From Balanoglossus misakiensis (Eukaryota; Animalia; Hemichordata), in contig CM082596.2 of assembly GCA_040954595.2 (NCBI GenBank), forward strand, positions 7,204,791 through 7,268,790: a stretch of DNA of 64,000 nucleotides, given 5' to 3'. Each line of letters starts with the position of its first letter. The first letter of the stretch is position 1. Position numbers and translations under genes: made by a program. A model generated the notes under the pieces. The model saw nothing but the letters and a program-made list of their open reading frames with translations. It searched no databases and was not told the DNA's origin. Of this stretch, positions 49,891 to 63,000 are shown piece after piece.

Positions 49891-50070
49891 TACAGTAAAA
49901 CTCCAATTATCCGAACTCCAATTATCCAAATTGTTTGGTTATCCGAACTGCTGTCATGTCTCCCAAACAGTTCTATTGTATAGGATTGTTATCCGAATAA
50001 CCGAACTGTCTGCATATCCGAACAAAATCAATGCCCCCCTGTCAGTTCCGATAATTGGAGTTTTACTGTA
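49891..50070. mobile_element. Tc1/mariner-like MITE
   Basis: TA-CAGTAAAACTCCAATTATC...GATAATTGGAGTTTTACTG-TA, with internal ttatccgaa subrepeats. Confidence 0.8.
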
Positions 50071-50608
50071 GTCGAATATGGGCAGTTGAGTTAAGTGACA
50101 CTTATGGTATATATCCTGTCGTCACATGTAGTGTATACATAGATCACATAATCGCAGCCTTGGACAGCTATGATGACACAGAGTATTCTACTGAACTTTC
50201 CACTCACTGCGCTTGTGAAAGTACAGCTGCAGACTATACTGCGTCTCTCATGAAAATAAGTGCTCTATGGCGCAAATCGCACGCAGAATTCATGGAGTTC
50301 TGTCATATTATGGCATTTCAGCAACAGCACAGTTTGTTTTGCTTGGTACAATCAATAGTGCATCAGCTCAAAATTTAGATTTTAATGCCAAGAGTTTTGC
50401 CCCACACCCGTGAAAAGCTGAAAGAAAATCTTAGGTCTGGCCTCTGATGGTGTTAAAACTGCCCGGCAACAGTGGCCACACCCATAGCAACGGAGTGTTT
50501 CAGGGAAATGGACAAGATGGTCATTTATTTGAGAGATTGAAACGGTCGCTTAGCGATGACCTCTGAAGTGTTGAGAAACCGACAGACCCTCGCTTAGAAC
50601 AACAGCAG

Positions 50609-53600
50609 ATGGTCAGTGTGTACGTTTCATTCGAGAGAGACGTGATTTCCTGTCTATTAAGCGTACATCATTAAAAATGGATGTTGGTTTCCTTTATTTT
50701 GAGTAGCTGTGTGGGTGCAGCAAGGATCAGTACGAAGAGCTGAAGAAGAGGGTGGCCGACAGCAAGAACAGAATTACCATGATGGAGACGGACTACCTAC
50801 AGAGCACATTGCGGGCGGAGAATGATTTGGCAAACTGCAAAGAGGAACTCCGGCTGATGAGGGAAAAATACGCAAGGTGATTTTCTCGAGATCGATTACA
50901 TTGTTTTCGATAAAGCCCCACAAGGTGCCACTTTGACATATTGTTTTGATGATAAAATTCCTCAATCTCATCCTTGGCCAATGGATGACACGATTTGGAC
51001 ATTGTGAAGATTTTTATTGTGCACATGCTCACACATGCCGCAATAATTGTATACTCGTGCAAAAGGGATACTGAATGAATGAGTGTGACACCTGTGTCGT
51101 TTGTGGTCTCAGAATCAAACACACTCTGAAGGCTTCCCCCTGTTGATGTCATCCTAAATGGAACGTTTATGGTGACCGTGTCCTTGATACTAAGTCTTTA
51201 TTTTTTCCATGCAGGTTAGATGAAAGCCACAACACCTTACAGAGGACAAACCAAGAATTGGAAGATAAAGTACTTCAAGTGGTAAGTAGATTCCCCAAGG
51301 ACACTTTCACAATTTACACCTGGTCACTGCCTGTACATTGCCACTCTTGTAGCCCCTTCTAGCTGAAGCTCGACTTCATCAAAAGTGATTTGTCTTCCTA
51401 AAACAAGAATGTACTTCTGTGTATTACACGTAGGCATCCAAATTTGAAAAAGAGAAACAGTTTCTCGGCAAAGAGATGATGACGCTGACATCAAGACTGG
51501 TGGATTTGAGATGCAAACTGAATATCAAAGAAGAGGATAATGTAAGTTAAAATTCATGTATGGGTTCACCCTAGTGCTACTGGGTGTCATACCTGTGTGG
51601 AGTGGCAAGTCCCTGAAAATACGTATTTGCCACTTTTTCTTCTTAAACGTATTTTGACTGTCTTGGCATGGCTCTTATACGTAATGCTTCCAACTACACT
51701 GTCTAACCACTGTCGCATACAAAACAGAGATGTGCATTTTCTAAATGTGAATTTTTCTGAACCTACTGAACTCAAAACGTTCACATAGTGTAATATCTCT
51801 CTGTGACTAGTCTCACAGTGATTGTGTGTTTTTAACTCATCAGCTGATCAGCCACGTTTTCAGGAACACCTGTAGCCTTACACTACAGTGATGATACAAT
51901 TGAGATCGTACAATAGATGTGCGTGGCAATTGTCTCGGGTATTTGTCTCTTGCTTTTCAACCACAAACAAAGCTTTAGACCGTTTATGTTAATCATCCCT
52001 TCAACATTGGCTGTTTTTTTCTGTGAGAGGCATTGATAGAATTCAAATTAATGTTGTTGTTTTCCGGAGACTAGCTTGTGTAGCGCACAGATCAAAGGCT
52101 TCTGTGAGTTTCCCAGTGGCCTAGTAAACCTGTGCGTTTTTTGTGCAGAAGCACTGACCTCGCCCATTGTTCTGGTAGTATTTGGTGTGACAAAATCTTT
52201 CTAGGAAAAACAGGGTGATAACCTTCAGAGGAACAAGACATTGATACCTTTGAATAATTTTCTTCAAGTATTACCTTTCCTCACCATCCCTAAAATCTCA
52301 AGTGGTCTAAAATGCTATTGTACTACAAGGTAAACTATGTAAATTTTTAGCTCCGATTTATGTTCATGTACCTGTATGTATACCTGTGGGAGATTGTGGT
52401 GTCAGTCAGTGTCTGTTGTCTGTCCCCGTCTTTCTGCCAAAAGTTTCAGACATATTCTCATGTTATACCCATGTACAGGATGTGGGTTTGAGGTGCATCA
52501 ACTGGTCAATTATTAGTCAGTATTCTTGTTTTTTTTTTTTTTGACAGATACGATTGAAGAAAGACTGCGAATTGGCCGTTCAGCTTCTGCAGTGTGCCCC
52601 CTCGTCCAATTTTCTAACACATAAAGTCAGCAGTGTAAGTAAACTATATATGTTACTAAAACTACAGCTAAGTTCTCACTTCAGACATTGGTGGTCTTTC
52701 ATACATTTGGGAGATTCCTTAGCTTATGTCCACGTTTGGAGGAGTCGCTCTCAACCGTTGAAGTGATTGGATATAGGTCAAAAGGCAGTTATCACTAAAA
52801 TACTGGTCATTAAAATGTTTTGTAAAAAAAATTTAAACCCGCTGTTTAGCATCTGATGAATGCAATTTTCTGTGTGTCATGCAAATGCTGTGAAATTGAC
52901 AGAAACAGTTATCCCAGGATATCATTCAATTAGTTTTAGATGTTAATCAAAGCACAAGTGTCACTTAAATTCCTATTTTCTGTCATACAAAATAAACACA
53001 TCAGTGGATTGTATGTACTAAATACTGTAAAACACTTTATTTTCGCGAGTTGAAATTTTCGCGATATCGAGAGAGGCCACTGTTTCGCGAGTATTAATTT
53101 TCGCGTTCTCTTATTTCCTTCTCTGCATCGTTATCTTCAAAAAAATTTATGTGACTTTTTATTTTCACGCTATTTTGGCTCTCGCGTATTTCGTGTAAAT
53201 TTATTGCTCGCGAAACTTGCGTGTTTCGCATAAATTTATTGCTCGCGAAATTAAAGTGTTTTACAGTATTATAGCACTATTTCCAAGACATAAGAAGTAA
53301 GTAGGAACGTGACTTGAGAAAATGTTCTCTCCTTTCAGCTGCCTCATGACCTCCAGTACCGAGTGCACAAGGTCATGGCGGAGGAGTTCAACGCCCAGAA
53401 GGAGATCGACGAGGAAACGCAGCTGTACTCGCCGAACGATGAGCAGAACCCGAACCTGGCCGGTCGCATCTACGACCGAGTGTCCACGGCCGTCATCACG
53501 AAAGCCATGCGGATGCGCGAGGAGGAGGAGAACCGGGAGCAGGAGATGACGCCCGTGAAGACGTACGACACGAAGGAGAGAGGCACGCAGACGATACAGC

Positions 53601-54319
53601 CGTTCCAAGGGTCCCTCTCGGCGAAGACTAAAAAGAACATCGCCAACGGGTTCAGGGATGAAGGGACGCAGATCGAGCTCGGGAGAGAGAGTTTGGAGAA
53701 TCTCACAGGCGGGAAGGATTCGGATAAAACCGATTCCAGTGAAGCGTTAGTTCCCAACTTAATGGACGTCGAAACGGCGGATCTTATCGATTTTTCTCAG
53801 CCGCCACCGGTCAGTATTAGTGAGGAAAGCAACGGGGGTGACCAGCCGGCCAAGACTGCGGGCGGCGATCCGTTCGACGACGCGGGGAGTTCCGCGATGC
53901 TGTCGTCCGACGGCTCGACCGGCGGTTCCTCGCGGAGGTCCAGCTGCGACAGCTACGGCGACGCCGACCACGTGAACTCGCGGTCCAAGTCGCAGCAGCA
54001 GGAGGAGCACCGCAAGACCGGCAATAACGCGTCGCTGCAGCGCAAGGGCAGCAGCCACAGCAGTCGGGAGATCGAGTACGGACCCGATTTGAAGCAGCTC
54101 GCCGCCCCTCCTGCCAACACGACCCACCCGCAGCAGTTCAAATTCCCCGCCAAGCGCGGCGTCGGCGCCAGCCAACAATTCGGGAAAAACCGCGGCCCGG
54201 TAAAACCCGGCATGAAGGCATCGCATAACTACGGACACGTGGGACGACCCCATCCTCCCAAAACAACTCCGCCCCAGTCGCCGGCAAACCCCTCGGAAAT
54301 AACGCACACCGATGTTTAA
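50609..54319 (+). CDS. BEGAIN: BEGAIN/TJAP1 (Pilt)-family coiled-coil protein; ATG 50609-50611 (tentative), then exons 50707-50876, 51215-51281, 51434-51541, 52548-52634, 53339-54319
   Basis: Spliced frame ..YEELKKRV..KEELRLMREKYARLDESHNTLQRTNQELEDKVLQVASKFEKEKQFLGKEM..EEDNIRLKKDCELAVQLLQCAPSSNFLTHKVSSLPHDLQYRV resembles the BEGAIN/TJAP1 N-terminal domain as I recall it (LQRxNQELEDK; KDCxLAxQLLxC; HKVSxLP). Long disordered tail ends EITHTDV*. Confidence 0.82.
51565..51695. mobile_element. Partial piggyBac-like MITE family B
   Basis: ccctagtgctactgggtgtcatacctgt...aaaatacgtatttgccactttttcttct matches 18133-18255. Confidence 0.7.
53023..53268. mobile_element. TA-flanked MITE with TACTGTAAAACAC termini, copy 2
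   Basis: TACTGTAAAACACTTTA...TAAAGTGTTTTACAGTA; carries an internal duplication of aaatttattgctcgcgaaa relative to copy 1. Confidence 0.85.
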
Positions 54320-56157
54320 CGACACGACCACATATCAACAGAATCGTGATGCAAGCTATAAGAACAATTTGTAAATTTTCCAACGTCAAGCAATTTTCTA
54401 CTTTCGTATTCAGCAATTCTTGGAATTGAACAATTTTCGTTGTCTAAAATATTTGAAAATAATCTCTACAAGAGCTGTGGGTTGTGTCGTATGTGATTTT
54501 GAAGTCTCGGATTTACAATTCATGAAACTGGCATTTTCAGAGATATTTGTCTGCTGTAAATTTGCTTATAGATCTCTTCATTTTCTTTAGATTATGCATG
54601 GCTTTCATAGTATACTTCCTCAAACAATATTTTTTTTAGAATTTAGATAAAAATAGAATGAATTGTCTCCTGTCAATAGGGGGACATATATGTATTTTTC
54701 ATCTCAGGAAATATTTTTAGAATGCGGTACATATCATGTGGCATATTACTTGCTAGATGTCATTGTGCAGCTTATAAGTGATTCAGAAATTTACATCACT
54801 CGCCATTAGTCGTAGAAATGTTCGTTTTTTGTTTATCCATACTGAATGTTGTAAGGGAACAGTATTAACATAAGCTCATCTGTTTGTCTTGTGGTAGAGA
54901 CTAAGAAGCAGCCATTTTTAATTCGGGAAGAATACAGAAGTTGGTCGTTTGCTTCTGTTTTATATTGTTTTGTTTAAAAGACACAATAATTGTAACTTAT
55001 GCATTTTCCCAATATTTTGGATTCTATAATTAATGTCTATTTCAGTTTCTTGTTCTCTTCCTCACAGAATGCTGTATTCTGCAACCATGGCTGTTCCAAA
55101 TTGAAGTATGTAACATACAAAACAGACACAAAGAGTTGAAAATAAACCATTCCATTAAAAAACATGCAAATGTTAAGTGTTTTTTTTTTAATCTGGTAAT
55201 CATCAAACAAAAGTTCAAAACTGTTGGTGAAGTTGGTCCTTTTTTTCTGTACTTTTATTTGCATGCATTAAAAGCACTTTCTGTTTTTGTTATTCCATCA
55301 AATCCCTGATTGTCTGTCTCCTGCTTATTCGAATCATTACTTTGCTATTTCCTTTTGGCAGGCCATGAATGGTCAGTCTGTCCAGGCAAAATTTGTTTAT
55401 CAATAGAAGCACTACTGATTATGCGTAATGTCCAAAGCCAGTCCTTTCTGGAGTGGTGGTTGCAGTCACATTTTCCATGTCCCAATTTTTTCTGACTTTC
55501 CCAGTGAAAAACTCATTTTTACCTTCCCAATTTTCCACACATGTATTTGCTGTTTGCTGAGGATGTCACCACAATTTAGTTGAGGTAAGTCATGGCTCTG
55601 TTTTTTCTCTGTAAACAGAATAATGTCTGGCAGAAGTTTTCTGGAAACATTTTTTGCAAGTACTTGCACATGGAAGGGGGGGGGGGGGGCTTTCACTCAG
55701 GCTGTAGTGTTATTTTGCATCAATGGCTAAACCCCTTGTCCAACTTTGTCATCAAGTTCAAACCTTGCTTGTTTGTATTTCTAAATTCCCAAATGCAACT
55801 TGTGAGAATTTATTTCTGTCATTTTGGAGGTGTTTTTTGTTGGTCTGAAAGTTTCTGTACTGGTACATGGGGGCGCTTTCACTCAAGCATGGAGGTATAC
55901 TGTAGTCATTCACAACAATTTTTTCAAGTGTCCCTCTTTCAAGTGTCCCTCTTCCCTTGTATTTTAGAAAAACTATTTATTTACCCTATACTTACCCTTA
56001 CTAATACTTACTCTTATACTTACTTTCAGGTCATCCGGACTTAGACATCAGCTGGACAAACTGGCATCCAACGACAGCTCCTATAGAAAGACCTAAAACA
56101 ACAAGTGAATACAAGTTGAATTTCAATACTCTGGTTTTGTCATGATTTTATAGATGA

Positions 56158-56182
56158 AATAAAACTGTATAAATAAAATAAA
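56158..56182 (+). terminator. Cluster of AATAAA polyadenylation signals, likely 3' end of the BEGAIN-like mRNA
   Basis: AATAAA at 56158 and 56172, with another overlapping at 56177; T-rich sequence follows. Confidence 0.55.
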
Positions 56183-56244
56183 TCACTTTCTTTAGTTTCA
56201 TATTTTGAGTGAATATAAGTAGTCAAATTTTAATTTTTTTAGGT

Positions 56245-56446
56245 TTTACTCTACACTTGTATTAAAAAAACTTAGACAATTTTTCGGGACTTACTCTAAA
56301 CTGGCATTAAAAAAAACTTAGAATATTTTTCGGGACTTACTCTATACTGGCATTAAAAAAACTTAGAATATTTTTCGGGACTTTATACTGGCATTAAATA
56401 AAATAATTTTTCGGGACTTACTCTACACTGGCATTAAAAAAACTTA
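56245..56446. repeat. ~45-bp minisatellite, about 4.5 copies
   Basis: Unit ttactcta.actggcattaaaaaaacttagaatatttttcgggac starts near 56246, 56291, 56337, 56382 (deleted copy) and 56418. Confidence 0.9.
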
Positions 56447-57008
56447 GCTATAACCCATGGTTTTTATCAAAAAATGACCAAATTTTGAAATTTCGCGGAG
56501 TCGAAAAATTGACATTTCTGGATGATTTTCATGAGCTATAACCCATGGTTTTTATCAAAAAATGACCAAATTTTGAAATTTCGCGGAGTCGAAAAATTGA
56601 CATTTCTGGATGATTTTCATGAGCTATAACCCATGGTTTTTATCAAAAAATAACCAAATTTTGAAATTTCCCGAAGTCGAAAAATTGACATTTCTGGATG
56701 ATTTTCATGAGCTATAACCCATGGTTTTTATCAAAAAATGACCAAATTTTGAAATTTCCCGAAGTCGAAAAATTGACATTTCTGGATGATTTTCATGAGC
56801 TATAACCCATGGTTTTTATCAAAAAATGACCAAATTTTGAAATTTCGCGAAGTCGAAAAATTGACATTTCTGGATGATTTTCATGAGCTATAACCCATGG
56901 TTTTTATCAAAAAATGACCAAATTTTGAAATTTCCCGAAGTCGAAAAATTTACATTTCTGGATGATTTTCATGAGCTATAACCCATGGTTTTTATCAAAA
57001 ATGACCAA
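56447..57008 (+). repeat. 88-bp satellite, variant A, about 6.4 copies
   Basis: GCTATAACCCATGGTTTTTATCAAAAAATGACCAAATTTTGAAATTTCSCGRAGTCGAAAAATTGACATTTCTGGATGATTTTCATGA starts at 56447, 56535, 56623 and onward (period 88). Confidence 0.97.
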
Positions 57009-60000
57009 AAAAACCATGGGTTATAGCCCATGAAAATCGTCCAGAAACCTCAATTTTTCGACTTCGCGAATTTTCAAAATCTGGTCATTTTTTGATAAAA
57101 ACCATGGGTTATAGCCCATGAAAATCGTCCAGAAACCTCAATTTTTCGACTTCGCGAATTTTCAAAATCTGGTCATTTTTTGATAAAAACCATGGGTTAT
57201 AGCCCATGAAAATCGACCAGAAACCTTAATTTTTCGACTTCGCGAATTTTCAAAATCTGGTCATTTTTTGATAAAAACCATGGGTTATAGCCCATGAAAA
57301 TCGTCCAGAAACCTCAATTTTTCGACTTCGCGAATTTTCAAAATCTGGTCATTTTTTGATAAAAACCATGGGTTATAGCCCATGAAAATCGACCAGAAAC
57401 CTTAATTTTTCGACTTCGCGAATTTTCAAAATCTGGTCATTTTTTGATAAAAACCATGGGTTGTAGCCCATGAAAATCGTCCAGAAACCTCAATTATTCG
57501 ACTTCGCGAATTTTCAAAATCTGGTCATTTTTTGATAAAAACCATGGGTTATAGCCCATGAAAATCGTCCAGAAACCTCAATTTTTCGACTTCGCGAATT
57601 TTCAAAATCTGGTCATTTTTTGATAAAAACCATGGGTTATAGCCCATGAAAATCGTCCAGAAACCTCAATTTTTCGACTTCGCGAATTTTCAAAATCTGG
57701 TCATTTTTTGATAAAAACCATGGGTTATAGCCCATGAAAATCGTCCAGAAACCTCAATTTTTCGACTTCGCGAATTTTCAAAATCTGGTCATTTTTTGAT
57801 AAAAACCATGGGTTATAGCCCATGAAAATCGACCAGAAACCTTAATTTTTCGACTTCGCGAATTTTCAAAATCTGGTCATTTTTTGATAAAAACCATGGG
57901 TTATAGCCCATGAAAATCGTCCAGAAACCTCAATTATTCGACTTCGCGAATTTTCAAAATCTGGTCATTTTTTGATAAAAACCATGGGTTATAGCCCATG
58001 AAAATCGTCCAGAAACCTCAATTTTTCGACTTCGCGAATTTTCAAAATCTGGTCATTTTTTGATAAAAACCATGGGTTATAGCCCATGAAAATCGTCCAG
58101 AAACCTCAATTTTTCGACTTCGCGAATTTTCAAAATCTGGTCATTTTTTGATAAAAACCATGGGTTATAGCCCATGAAAATCGACCAGAAACCTCAATTT
58201 TTCGACTTCGCGAATTTTCAAAATCTGGTCATTTTTTGATAAAAACCATGGGTTATAGCCCATGAAAATCGACCAGAAACCTCAATTTTTCGACTTCGCG
58301 AATTTTCAAAATCTGGTCATTTTTTGATAAAAACCATGGGTTATAGCCCATGAAAATCGACCAGAAACCTCAATTTTTCGACTTCGCGAATTTTCAAAAT
58401 CTGGTCATTTTTTGATAAAAACCATGGGTTATAGCCCATGAAAATCGACCAGAAACCTCAATTTTTCGACTTCGCGAATTTTCAAAATCTGGTCATTTTT
58501 TGATAAAAACCATGGGTTATAGCCCATGAAAATCGTCCAGAAACCTCAATTTTTCGACTTCGCGAATTTTCAAAATCTGGTGATTTTTTGATAAAAACCA
58601 TGGGTTATAGCCCATGAAAATCGTCCAGAAACCTCAATTTTTCGACTTCGCGAATTTTCAAAATCTGGTCATTTTTTGATAAAAACCATGGGTTATAGCC
58701 CATGAAAATCGTCCAGAAACCTCAATTTTTCGACTTCGCGAATTTTCAAAATCTGGTCATTTTTTGATAAAAACCATGGGTTATAGCCCATGAAAATCGT
58801 CCAGAAACCTCAATTTTTCGACTTCGCGAATTTTCAAAATCTGGTCATTTTTTGATAAAAACCATGGGTTATAGCCCATGAAAATAGACCAGAAACCTCA
58901 ATTTTTCGACTTCGCGAATTTTCAAAATCTGGTCATTTTTTGATAAAAACCATGGGTTATAGCCCATGAAAATCGTCCAGAAACCTCAATTTTTCGACTT
59001 CGCGAATTTTCAAAATCTGGTCATTTTTTGATAAAAACCATGGGTTATAGCCCATGAAAATCGTCCAGAAACCTCAATTTTTCGACTTCGCGAATTTTCA
59101 AAATCTGGTCATTTTTTGATAAAAACCATGGGTTATAGCCCATGAAAATCGTCCAGAAACCTCAATTTTTCGACTTCGCGAATTTTCAAAATCTGGTCAT
59201 TTTTGATAAAAACCATGGGTTATAGCCCATGAAAATCGACCAGAAACCTCAATTTTTCGACTTCGCGAATTTTCAAAATCTGGTCATTTTTTGATAAAAA
59301 CCATGGGTTATAGCCCATGAAAATCGTCCAGAAACCTCAATTTTTCGACTTCGCGAATTTTCAAAATCTGGTCATTTTTTGATAAAAACCATGGGTTATA
59401 GCCCATGAAAATCGTCCAGAAACCTCAATTTTTCGACTTCGCGAATTTTCAAAATCTGGTCATTTTTTGATAAAAACCATGGGTTATAGCCCATGAAATT
59501 CGTCCAGAAACCTCAATTTTTCGACTTCGCGAATTTTCAAAATCTGGTCATTTTTTGATAAATACCATGGGTTATAGCCCATGAAAATCGTCCAGAAACC
59601 TCAATTTTTCGACTTCGCGAATTTTCAAAATCTGGTCATTTTTTGATAAATACCATGGGTTATAGCCCATGAAAATCGTCCAGAAACCTCAATTTTTCGA
59701 CTTCGCGAATTTTCAAAATCTGGTCATTTTTTGATAAAAACCATGGGTTATAGCCCATGAAAATCGTCCAGAAACCTCAATTTTTCGACTTCGCGAATTT
59801 TCAAAATCTGGTCATTTTTTGATAAAAACCATGGATTATAGCCCATGAAAATCGTCCAGAAACCTCAATTTTTCGACTTCGCGAATTTTCAAAATCTGGT
59901 CATTTTTTGATAAAAACCATGGGTTATAGCCCATGAAAATAGACCAGAAACCTCAATTTTTCGACTTCGCGAATTTTCAAAATCTGGTCATTTTTTGATA

Positions 60001-63000
60001 AAAACCATGGGTTATAGCCCATGAAAATCGTCCAGAAACCTAAATTTTTCGACTTCGCGAATTTTCAAAATCTGGTCATTTTTTGATAAAAACCATGGGT
60101 TATAGCCCATGAAAATCGTCCAGAAACCTCAATTTTTCGACTTCGCGAATTTTCAAAATCTGGTCATTTTTTGATAAAAACCATGGGTTATAGCCCATGA
60201 AAATCGTCCAGAAACCTCAATTTTTCGACTTCGCGAATTTTCAAAATCTGGTCATTTTTTGATAAAAACCATGGGTTATAGCCCATGAAAATCGTCTAGA
60301 AACCTCAATTTTTCGACTTCGCGAATTTTCAAAATCTGGTCATTTTTTGATAAAAACCATGGGTTATAGCCCATGAAAATCGTCCAGAAACCTCAATTTT
60401 TCGACTTCGCGAATTTTCAAAATCTGGTCATTTTTTGATAAAAACCATAGGTTATAGCCCATGAAAATCGTCCAGAAACCTCAATTTTTCGACTTCGCGA
60501 ATTTTCAAAATCTGGTCATTTTTTGATAAATACCATGGGTTATAGCCCATGAAAATCGTCCAGAAACCTCAATTTTTCGACTTCGCGAATTTTCAAAATC
60601 TGGTCATTTTTTGATAAAAACCATGGGTTATAGCCCATGAAAATCGTCCAGAAACCTCAATTTTTCGACTTCGCGAATTTTCAAAATCTGGTCATTTTTT
60701 GATAAAAACCATGGATTATAGCCCATGAAAATCGTCCAGAAACCTCAATTTTTCGACTTCGCGAATTTTCAAAATCTGGTCATTTTTTGATAAAAACCAT
60801 GGGTTATAGCCCATGAAAATAGACCAGAAACCTCAATTTTTCGACTTCGCGAATTTTCAAAATCTGGTCATTTTTTGATAAAAACCATGGGTTATAGCCC
60901 ATGAAAATCGTCCAGAAACCTCAATTTTTCGACTTCGCGAATTTTCAAAATCTGGTCATTTTTTGATAAAAACCATGGGTTATAGCCCATGAAAATCGTC
61001 CAGAAACCTCAATTTTTCGACTTCGCGAATTTTCAAAATCTGGTCATTTTTTGATAAAAACCATGGGTTATAGCCCATGAAAATCGTCCAGAAACCTCAA
61101 TTTTTCGACTTCGCGAATTTTCAAAATCTGGTCATTTTTTGATAAAAACCATGGGTTATAGCCCATGAAAATAGACCAGAAACCTCAATTTTTCGACTTC
61201 GCGAATTTTCAAAATCTGGTCATTTTTTGATAAAAACCATGGGTTATAGCCCATGAAAATCGTCCAGAAACCTCAATTTTTCGACTTCGCGAATTTTCAA
61301 AATCTGGTCATTTTTTGATAAAAACCATGGGTTATAGCCCATGAAAATCGTCTAGAAACCTCAATTTTTCGACTTCGCGAATTTTCAAAATCTGGTCATT
61401 TTTTGATAAAAACCATGGGTTATAGCCCATGAAAATCGTCCAGAAACCTCAATTTTTCGACTTCGCGAATTTTCAAAATCTGGTCATTTTTTGATAAAAA
61501 CCATGGGTTATAGCCCATGAAAATCGTCCAGAAACCTCAATTTTTCGACTTCGCGAATTTTCAAAATCTGGTCATTTTTTGATAAAAACCATGGGTTATA
61601 GCCCATGAAAATCGACCAGAAACCTCAATTTTTCGACTTCGCGAATTTTCAAAATTTGGTCATTTTTTGATAAAAACCATGGGTTATAGCCCATGAAAAT
61701 CGACCAGAAACCTCAATTTTTCGACTTCGCGAATTTTCAAAATCTGGTCATTTTTTGATAAAAACCATGGGTTATAGCCCATGAAAATCGTCCAGAAACC
61801 TCAATTTTTCGACTTCGCGAATTTTCAAAATCTGGTCATTTTTTGATAAAAACCATGGGTTATAGCCCATGAAAATCGTCCAGAAACCTCAATTTTTCGA
61901 CTTCGCGAATTTTCAAAATCTGGTCATTTTTTGATAAAAACCATGGGTTATAGCCCATGAAAATAGACCAGAAACCTCAATTTTTCGACTTCGCGAATTT
62001 TCAAAATCTGGTCATTTTTTGATAAAAACCATGGGTTATAGCCCATGAAAATCGTCCAGAAACCTCAATTTTTCGACTCCGCGAATTTTCAAAATCTGGT
62101 CATTTTTTGATAAAAACCATGGGTTATAGCCCATGAAAATCGTCCAGAAACCTCAATTTTTCGACTTCGCGAATTTTCAAAATCTGGTCATTTTTTGATA
62201 AAAACCATGGGTTATAGCCCATGAAAATCGTCCAGAAACCTCAATTTTTCGACTTCGCGAATTTTCAAAATCTGGTCATTTTTTGATAAAAACCATGGGT
62301 TATAGCCCTTGAAAATCGTCCAGAAACCTCAATTTTTTACGACTTCGCGAATTTTCAAAATCTGGTCATTTTGTGATAAAAACCATGGGTTATAGCCCAT
62401 GAAAATCGACCAGAAACCTCAATTTTTCGACTTCGCGAATTTTCAAAATCTAGTCATTTTTTGATTAAAACCATGGGTTATAGCCCATGAAAATCGTCCA
62501 GAAACCTCAATTTTTCGACTTCGCGAATTTTGAAAATCTGGTCATTTTTTGATAAAAACCATGGGTTATAGCCCATGAAAATCGTCCAGAAACCTCAATT
62601 TTTCGACTTCGCGAATTTTCAAAATCTGGTCATTTTTTGATAAAAACCATGGGTTATAGCCCATGAAAATCGTCCAGAAACCTCAATTTTTCGACTTCGC
62701 GAATTTTCAAAATCTGGTCATTTTTTGATAAAAACCATGGGTTATAGCCCATGAAAATCGTCCAGAAACCTCAATTTTTCGACTCCGCGAATTTTCAAAA
62801 TCTGGTCATTTTTTGATAAAAACCATGGGTTATAGCCCATGAAAATCGTCCAGAAACCTCAATTTTTCGACTCCGCGAATTTTCAAAATCTGGTCATTTT
62901 TTGATTAAAACCATGGGTTATAGCCCATGAAAATCGTCCAGAAACCTCAATTTTTCGACTTCGCGAATTTTCAAAATCTGGTCATTTTTTGATTAAAACC

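Noticed and set aside
53261-54416. Long antisense ORFs over GC-rich exons (also 1833-2150, 16054-16386, 43140-43740)
   Set aside because: Shadow frames of real coding exons with high GC3; no independent splice or homology evidence.
54800-54812. Exact 13-bp copy of the putative U1 PSE (TCGCCATTAGTCG) in the BEGAIN-like 3' UTR
   Set aside because: No recognisable snRNA, Sm site or 3' stem at the expected start (~54875); a lone 13-mer match can be chance. An Infernal scan of 54860-55100 would settle it.
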